Positions 57,801-64,000 of a DNA stretch of 64,000 nucleotides are shown here, piece after piece. Both the position numbers and the translations under genes were made by a program. The notes beneath the pieces are model-generated. The model searched no databases. It saw nothing but the letters and a program-made list of their open reading frames with translations, and had not been told where the DNA came from. Source of the DNA: an uncultured archaeon (GTDB lineage Archaea > Asgardarchaeota > Thorarchaeia > Thorarchaeales > Thorarchaeaceae); contig CAZLEV010000004.1 of assembly GCA_964558645.1 (NCBI GenBank), positions 171,442 through 235,441 on the forward strand, given 5' to 3'. How positions within the stretch are numbered: the stretch's first letter is position 1; every line of letters begins with the position of its first letter.

Positions 57801-58880
57801 ATGCTTGAACAGAATGGATTTCGAGATGCTAGATATGCTCACGCGGTTGTAGACGAAATTACGAGATTGAGTCGGAACCAAAATGTCAGAATCGTCCACG
57901 TGTGCGGAACCCATGAGGATACCATAAGTAGCAACGGCATTCGATCCCTTCTTCCCCAGACAATAGAACTGGTCGCTGGTCCTGGCTGTCCAGTGTGTGT
58001 GTGTGCTGCAGAGGATGTTGACATGGCCATTGATCTTGCCCGAAGAGGTCATACTGTGGCAACCTTCGGAGATATGATACGTGTTCCTTCAACAGATTCC
58101 TCGCTGGCTCGAGAAAAGGCTGAAGGGGCGGACGTCCGAGTTGTCTATGGCGCAAATGATGCTGTCAAAATAGCAATGGACAACCCGGACAAGGAGGTCA
58201 TCTTTGTGGCGGCGGGTTTCGAAACAACAGCACCAACAATAGCTTTGGAGGTGCTTCGGACCCCCCCTGAGAACCTCTCCGTGCTCACTTCTCTCAAGGT
58301 CATTCCGCCCGCTATGGAGCTCCTGATGAATATTGAGGGCTTCGCAGTTGATGGTTTCATCACGCCCGGACATGTTAGTGTAATCACTGGAACAGAGGTC
58401 TTTCAGCCATTGGCAAGCAAGTATCATGTGCCATGTGTAGCAGCTGGATTTGAGCCCTTGGACGTTCTGGAGAGCGTCCGCATGATACTACTCCAGATAG
58501 AAGAGGGGAGAGCCGAATCAGAGAATGAATACAGACGTGTCGTGAGACCTGGAGGAAATCCGGCAGCACAGAAGGCTCTCACTGATGCCTTCGACCTCAG
58601 GGATGCACCATGGAGGGGGCTTGGCATAATCAAAGACTCTGGATATTTCCTGAAAGAACGATTCTCGGATTTTGACGCGCGAGAGAAGTATGACTTCCCT
58701 CCAATCGAATCAGTCGATATTCTGCCGGGTTGTCTTTGTCACAAGGTGGTTCTCGGCATGGTAGACCCGGTGGATTGTCCACTATTTGGAGAACGCTGTA
58801 CTCCGGCTGATCCCTATGGGCCCTGCATGGTAGGACACGAAGGCACCTGCCGGATTAGACACGAGAACATTCCTGTCTAG
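57801..58880 (+). CDS. hypD: [NiFe]-hydrogenase maturation protein HypD
   Basis: HVCGTH, GPGCPVC, GFETTAP, PGHVS, GFEP, CPLFG..CTP..PYGPCMV..EGTC. Confidence 0.96.
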   Translation: MLEQNGFRDARYAHAVVDEITRLSRNQNVRIVHVCGTHEDTISSNGIRSLLPQTIELVAGPGCPVCVCAAEDVDMAIDLARRGHTVATFGDMIRVPSTDSSLAREKAEGADVRVVYGANDAVKIAMDNPDKEVIFVAAGFETTAPTIALEVLRTPPENLSVLTSLKVIPPAMELLMNIEGFAVDGFITPGHVSVITGTEVFQPLASKYHVPCVAAGFEPLDVLESVRMILLQIEEGRAESENEYRRVVRPGGNPAAQKALTDAFDLRDAPWRGLGIIKDSGYFLKERFSDFDAREKYDFPPIESVDILPGCLCHKVVLGMVDPVDCPLFGERCTPADPYGPCMVGHEGTCRIRHENIPV

Positions 58881-59506
58881 CGTCGATTGGCCGCGATACT
58901 CTCCAGCTCGCGAAGCTCGGCAGGAGTGTTGAGATTCTTGAAAGTGTCTAGTTCGGGATCAAACTGCTCCAAGATGACCGTTGATATGAAGAGAACATTT
59001 CGAAGCTTATCCAGCAGATCACTCATCCGGTATTTTCCTGATTCCAGAACATCCAGACCGTTTGCATATGCATGTTCCGAGAGATAGACAGCATGAAGGG
59101 GTTCGATATATCCAGAAGGCCAAGAAGGAACAACTGCGCCGTGGCCTGGAGCAAGGTCCCCAAGCATTCTCAGAAGTGTGGTGTTCGCGAGAGGTGTGTC
59201 AACCGGGAGAAGAAGTGTGTATCGAGTCTTAGCGAACTCGAATGCAGTGACTGCTCCAGTCAGGGCGCTCTTGACCGAGTCATCAGGATCACGAACAACT
59301 CGTACCCCCTGAAGTATCTCTTCGAACTGTGCAGTCTCTTGTTCTGCATTGAGCACTAGCAACGTATTAGGAGAGATTGTACTGGCAATGTCTATCATGT
59401 GCTTCACAAGAGGACGGCCATTGAATGGGGCCAGTGCTTTCTCCATCTGGAAACGGCTTGAATTTCCGCCGGCAAGAACTGCAACTGTTAGGTGTGATTC
59501 ATCCAT
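58877..59506 (-). CDS. mobA: Molybdenum cofactor guanylyltransferase
   Basis: LAGGNSSRF..EKAL, PVDTP, EPLHAVY, FKNLNTP. Confidence 0.9.
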   Translation of the reverse strand: MDESHLTVAVLAGGNSSRFQMEKALAPFNGRPLVKHMIDIASTISPNTLLVLNAEQETAQFEEILQGVRVVRDPDDSVKSALTGAVTAFEFAKTRYTLLLPVDTPLANTTLLRMLGDLAPGHGAVVPSWPSGYIEPLHAVYLSEHAYANGLDVLESGKYRMSDLLDKLRNVLFISTVILEQFDPELDTFKNLNTPAELRELESIAANRR

Positions 59507-59575
59507 TTCTCCTATCGCTCCAAGGGGGGCTCACGTGTCCTTTGATATAGGTGACTGAGAGGACAAAAACATCCC

Positions 59576-61537
59576 TCATTCATGGACCGACAGATACTCC
59601 TTTATCATTGCGGAGATCTGGCCGTCGGTATAGTGCTGTGACTTCATTGCCCCGCTTGGACATGTAGACGTGCAGGTACCACATCCCTTGCAGAGAGCTG
59701 GGTTAACATTTGCCTTTCCTCGCTCGTTTATGGTCACTGCGTTGTAGGGACACACTGAAACACAGACCCTACAACCCGCACACTTATCCTCATCCACAAT
59801 GGTGTAGTAGGGTTCAACGCTAATCCGGCCCTTGCCCATAAGAGACATCGCTCCCGAGGATGCAGCCTTCGCTTGTGCAACGGTATCAGGGATATCTTTT
59901 GGGCCCTGAGCCATACCGGCAACAAAGATACCATCATTGAAGCTGTCAACTGGTCTGAGTTTGGGATGAGCCTCCATCAGAAATCCATCAGGCGATTGGC
60001 TGAGATTGAGAGTCTTTGCGATACTCTTAGCACCCTGCGACGGAACTACTCCAGTCGAGAGAACAACAAGATCAACATCCTCAAGCTGGATAGGTTTGCC
60101 AAGCAAGGTGTCTTCTCCTCTCACAACCAAGCTATGATCGGCTTGTTCGATAATCTCACCAACCCTGCCTCGAATGAAAGTTACACCTGCCGAGGCAGTT
60201 TCCTCATAGAACTCTTCATAGCCTTTACCGAAGGTCCTGAGGTCGATATAGAAGAGATATACCTGTGCCCCTGTCTTGTCACGTATCATTCGTGCCTGCT
60301 TGATGGCTGTCATACAACAGATTCGTGAGCAATACTTGTTCGTCTTCTCGTCTCGACTACCGACACACTGGATGTAGACAAGTTTCTTTGGCTCCTGAAA
60401 GTCGGAGGGGCGAACTACATGACCTTCCGTGGGACCAGCAGCGCTCAACATGCGCTCGATCTCCATGATGTTCACAACGTTTGCAAACTCGCCGTATCCA
60501 TACTCCTCCTTCTGTGTTGCATCAAAGATATCGAAGCCTGTAGCAACAATAATAGTTCCCACTTCCAGCTTGATGATCTTCTCAGCATCATCATAGTTGA
60601 TTGCTTCAGCCTCGCATGTATCCTTGCATTTCCCGCAACGAACTGCATCCACGCCAAGGCAGCTGTTCATGTCGAGCAGATAAGCCGAAGGTACAGCCTG
60701 AGCAAATGGGATGTAAATCGCCTTACGGTACGTGAGATTGGCGTCAAACTCGGCAGGCACGTCAACTGGACATACATCGGAGCAATCGCCACAGGAAGTG
60801 CATTTGTCCTCTATAACGTATCTCGGCTGCTGTTTCACAGTGACCTCGAAATTGCCAACATAACCGTCGACATTGTCTACTTCGGCCATTGTAAGAATCT
60901 CGATATTTGGATGAGCTCCGACCTCAGCCATTCTAGGTGTGAGAATACAGCTTGAACAATCGAGAGTTGGAAATGTCTTGTCGTGTCGCGCCATCTTTCC
61001 GCCTATGCTCGGTTCTCTCTCCACAAGATAGACCCTGAAACCAGCATCTGCCAAGTCAAGTGCCGCAGAAATGCCAGCGATTCCTGCACCGATTATCAGG
61101 GTTGACTTCCTGATATCAACCTCAGATTCCTCAAGAGGTTCCAGAAGTCTGGCACGAGCCACTGCCATACGAACCAGATCGACCGCCTTTTCGGTCGCGG
61201 CCCCGGGGTCATTCGAATGAATCCAGCTGTCATGTTCACGGAGATTGGCAATCTCTAGAAGGAAGGGGTTGAGGCCGCCCTCACGCATTGTCTGTCTAAA
61301 AGTCAGTTCATGCATTCTGGGGGAACAGGCCCCAATCACAATGCGGTTCAGTTTGTGTTCTTTGATCTTATCTTTGACAATCTGTTGGCCTGGCTTGGAA
61401 CACACGTATTTGTAATCTTCAACATGAACAACATCAGGAATGGTCTTGATTTCTTCCATCACAGTGGGTATGTCCACGACGCCTGCTATGTTACTGCCAC
61501 AATGGCACAGGAAGACACCGATTCTTGCTTCAGGCAT
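59576..61537 (-). CDS. hdrA: Heterodisulfide reductase subunit A (flavin-based bifurcating subunit)
   Basis: RIGVFLCHCGSNIAG, ACSPRMHE, GAGIAG, KTFPTLDCSSCIL, QCVGSRD, CSRICC, C-terminal ferredoxin motifs; ATG 61537 preceded by GAGGAG. Confidence 0.96.
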   Translation of the reverse strand: MPEARIGVFLCHCGSNIAGVVDIPTVMEEIKTIPDVVHVEDYKYVCSKPGQQIVKDKIKEHKLNRIVIGACSPRMHELTFRQTMREGGLNPFLLEIANLREHDSWIHSNDPGAATEKAVDLVRMAVARARLLEPLEESEVDIRKSTLIIGAGIAGISAALDLADAGFRVYLVEREPSIGGKMARHDKTFPTLDCSSCILTPRMAEVGAHPNIEILTMAEVDNVDGYVGNFEVTVKQQPRYVIEDKCTSCGDCSDVCPVDVPAEFDANLTYRKAIYIPFAQAVPSAYLLDMNSCLGVDAVRCGKCKDTCEAEAINYDDAEKIIKLEVGTIIVATGFDIFDATQKEEYGYGEFANVVNIMEIERMLSAAGPTEGHVVRPSDFQEPKKLVYIQCVGSRDEKTNKYCSRICCMTAIKQARMIRDKTGAQVYLFYIDLRTFGKGYEEFYEETASAGVTFIRGRVGEIIEQADHSLVVRGEDTLLGKPIQLEDVDLVVLSTGVVPSQGAKSIAKTLNLSQSPDGFLMEAHPKLRPVDSFNDGIFVAGMAQGPKDIPDTVAQAKAASSGAMSLMGKGRISVEPYYTIVDEDKCAGCRVCVSVCPYNAVTINERGKANVNPALCKGCGTCTSTCPSGAMKSQHYTDGQISAMIKEYLSVHE

Positions 61538-61832
61538 TTTGTTCTCCTCGGATACACCCTCTAGCTTTGGCGTGTTGCAATCTACAGCCATCGGCCAGTT
61601 GGCGATACGTCTTGCGAAGACTGGGATTGAGGTAATAAAGCGTTGCGGATTATGCCGAAGTAGAGATTGTACTATAGTTACCAACTGAAAGATTCGGGCA
61701 AGTAGTCTGAGGTATACAAGAACAGAACACGTGTTCGGCAGCACTGCGTACTGTACGAGAATTAGGATGGGTAGGTTGTGCTTGTTCTGCTGAGAATGCA
61801 AGCCTCAAAAGCCTCAAGGCTATTGTAACCAC

Positions 61833-62450
61833 ATGTTAAACATCGATCTTGTTGGTCCTTTGATATCTCCTCTCGCCTTAGCGGATGTCCTTATGCATAT
61901 CTACCTTGACTGGAAGAAGGTACGGCGTGATGAATTGAACCTACAAGAATCCGATGTCACAGTAAGTACTCTACCGATGATCGCGGCGATGATCAGCACT
62001 CTGCTATCGTTTGCCCTGGTATTGATGCTGACTCTGCAATGGGCGGGCGTACTTGACATGGGCATCCTATCGGCATTGATTCCGCTCTTCAATCCTCCAC
62101 CAACAATTTGGCTGGCGGGATTGGTTCTCATTGTGGTAGGAATTCCATTCCATGCTTGGTCCCGGTGGGTAAGAAACGAGATGGCGTCTTCATGGGCGAT
62201 GAGTCAGGAGCACGTTCTGATTACGAATGGACCATATAGGTGGATAAGACATCCCTCCTATACTTCCTATGCCATCTGCTTCCTAGGGCTTTTTCTCTTG
62301 ATTCCATCCATAGTGACCACAGTCATGCTGTTCGGGATACCTGCGTACTACTCCATCGCCAAGAGGGAGGAAGAGATGCTACTGCATCAGTTTGGTGATG
62401 AGTACAGAGAATACATGAAGCGGACTGGAAGAATGTCGCCAAGAGTTTGA
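61833..62450 (+). CDS. Isoprenylcysteine carboxylmethyltransferase (ICMT/PEMT) family membrane protein
   Basis: HVLITNGPYRWIRHPSY, EEEMLLHQFGDEYREY. Confidence 0.88.
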   Translation: MLNIDLVGPLISPLALADVLMHIYLDWKKVRRDELNLQESDVTVSTLPMIAAMISTLLSFALVLMLTLQWAGVLDMGILSALIPLFNPPPTIWLAGLVLIVVGIPFHAWSRWVRNEMASSWAMSQEHVLITNGPYRWIRHPSYTSYAICFLGLFLLIPSIVTTVMLFGIPAYYSIAKREEEMLLHQFGDEYREYMKRTGRMSPRV

Positions 62451-62588
62451 CTAGATTTTCGAGGCGTAATCTCTCGCGGACGCATATTCGGGCTCACAGG
62501 AGAAGGATTGAACTGTGGGTTTTCTTTCGTGACTAGTCGAAAACCTTCACCTCTCTCACCAAAACGATAAAAAGCAACGATAAAGGCG

Positions 62589-63389
62589 ATGCCTTTAGTC
62601 CACGGAGAAGATGTCATGACCGGAAAGGTGTGGAAGTACATCAGAAATAAAATCGAGAGAGAAGGCGCACTTCATTTCTCCCTCCTAGATCCGGATCCAT
62701 TGAAGATGACCACAGAAACGGTTGTTGAATTGGCGCAGCTCTCCGAAAAGGCTGGTACGGATGCCATCATGATCGGAGGTAGTACGATTTTCGGCGTGAT
62801 TGACGATTCTGTAAGAGCCATCACGGAAGCGGTTGACATTCCCACCATTCTCTTTCCAGGTAACATCACAGGCGTTTCTGAACACGCAGATGCCATGTTC
62901 TTCATGAGTCTGCTGAATAGCACAAACCCCTATTGGATCATCGGTGCTCAGGCTTTAGGAGCAGGAAAGGTTCGACTCTCTGGTATAGAGACCATCCCAA
63001 TGGGATATCTACTGATTGCACCCGGAAAGACTGCAGCATGGGTCGGTGACGCAAAGGTCTTTCCAAGAGATAAGCCAAAGATTGTCTTGATGTATGCGCT
63101 AGCAGCCCAGTTCATGGGCTTCAAATTGGTCTACTTGGAAGGGGGAAGCGGCGCAGAAGGAGGCGGTGTGCCCACGGAAATTATCAGCACGGTATCTCAG
63201 TTCGTGGACATCCCAGTCATTACCGGTGGAGGGTTCAACGACCCAGTAGCGGTCGCGGGCGCCATAGATTCAGGAGCGTCAATTGTCGTTCAGGGCACCT
63301 ATATAGAGGAGCAGGTTCCAAAGGATGATGGAAAAGGGCTTACTGAAATCATCAAAGCGCTGAAGGATGCAGGTTCCAAGAGAGTTTAA
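62589..63389 (+). CDS. Geranylgeranylglyceryl phosphate synthase
   Basis: LLDPD, DAIMIGGS, ILFPG, SLLNS, YLEGGSGA, GGG. Confidence 0.93.
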   Translation: MPLVHGEDVMTGKVWKYIRNKIEREGALHFSLLDPDPLKMTTETVVELAQLSEKAGTDAIMIGGSTIFGVIDDSVRAITEAVDIPTILFPGNITGVSEHADAMFFMSLLNSTNPYWIIGAQALGAGKVRLSGIETIPMGYLLIAPGKTAAWVGDAKVFPRDKPKIVLMYALAAQFMGFKLVYLEGGSGAEGGGVPTEIISTVSQFVDIPVITGGGFNDPVAVAGAIDSGASIVVQGTYIEEQVPKDDGKGLTEIIKALKDAGSKRV

Positions 63390-63440
63390 ATATCCGAGCT
63401 TGGTCATTGACAGAACGATACCCAAGGGAGGAATAGCACA

Positions 63441-63833
63441 TTGTCAAGCAAGACTGAAATGCTGAATGAACTTCTTGAGGACCTTAGCCGAGCCTCCCAA
63501 GGGAACGTAGAGGCCAGCATGATAATCTCAAAATCACAGGGACTCACGATACAATCCCACTATCCCTCAGGGACTGACAAGCGTGCAGTTCCGGACGAGG
63601 ATGTGATTGCTGGCCGTGCAACGCAGATAGACATGGCCACGCGGAAGGTCTTCGGTGAGCTAAAACGCGGAGAGCTTGTTCGCATGCTTGTCGAGGGTGA
63701 CGACGGTTATGTGGTGATTTGCAATGCAGGGGAGGATGCATTACTGGCTGTTCTCACCAACAAACGTGCAAATATAGGGTACATGTTCTTTATGATGAGT
63801 CGTATTGCTACGAGAATAGCAAGCGTGCTGTGA
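63441..63833 (+). CDS. Roadblock/LC7 domain protein
   Basis: GLTIQS...ELKRGELVRMLVEGDDGYVVICNAGEDALLAVLT...NIG roadblock pattern. Confidence 0.9.
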   Translation: MSSKTEMLNELLEDLSRASQGNVEASMIISKSQGLTIQSHYPSGTDKRAVPDEDVIAGRATQIDMATRKVFGELKRGELVRMLVEGDDGYVVICNAGEDALLAVLTNKRANIGYMFFMMSRIATRIASVL

Positions 63834-63899
63834 GTGTCTTTCCGTCAGTTTTATGTGATATTAGGTTTCCATCGAGATGAAACAGCAGCATAGGTGATA

Positions 63900-64000
63900 G
63901 TGGTGTCAGATAAGGAATCATCCGAAACAAAGGAAAAGGTCACCGAGAACGAAGAGCCGGAGGACGAGTGGGAGAAGTGGCGCAGGGCAGGTGTTGTGGC
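63900..64000 (+). CDS. 5' fragment, probably type II methionine aminopeptidase
   Basis: GTG after AGGTGA; ...EWEKWRRAGVV resembles the MetAP2 first helix (EKYRKAGKIA); truncated by window end. Confidence 0.45.
   Translation, partial: MVSDKESSETKEKVTENEEPEDEWEKWRRAGVV

Noticed and set aside
59576-61801. Selenocysteine in HdrA, and the 741-aa N-terminal extension in the ORF track
   Set aside because: The DCSSC motif uses TGT codons and there is no in-frame TGA. The region upstream of ATG 61537 lacks HdrA similarity, and that ATG has a good SD.
1-64000. CRISPR array, rRNA, transposase or prophage genes
   Set aside because: No regularly spaced repeats, rRNA signature sequences or mobile-element proteins were recognised

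Overview
Chromosomal window from an Asgard archaeon, most likely Thorarchaeia (inferred from a eukaryote-like actin, a two-domain gelsolin, a roadblock/LC7 protein, and archaeal ribosomal and lipid genes). About 1-32 kb is a mixed accessory/housekeeping region. It holds hutI, t6A/tRNA-modification genes, an FG-GAP propeller, a stand-alone PriL-CTD-like protein, a SAMHD1-like HD hydrolase, a wHTH-CARF-like gene coupled to a dsRBD-less RNase III, actin and gelsolin, a His-less sensor kinase, two NYN-LOTUS paralogues around a GNAT, and a co-oriented run of orphan DNA methyltransferase, degenerate MCM-like protein and Fpg/Nei. About 32-54 kb holds an intron-containing tRNA-Ser(GGA), the S13-S4-S11 genes, tiaS, tsr3, the RNase P RNA and the long minus-strand ribosomal cluster (L22 to cbf5). 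That cluster has an Hsp20 insertion and an eL32 fused to two RadA-N-like HhH domains. About 54-64 kb holds hypD, mobA, hdrA, an ICMT-family protein, GGGP synthase, roadblock and the start of a probable MetAP. No CRISPR array, rRNA, integrase or transposase was seen. The best candidates for undescribed systems are the wHTH-CARF/RNase III pair (convergent with the SAMHD1-like dNTPase) and the MTase/dead-MCM/Fpg operon. All calls come from motif recognition by eye; no database searches were run.
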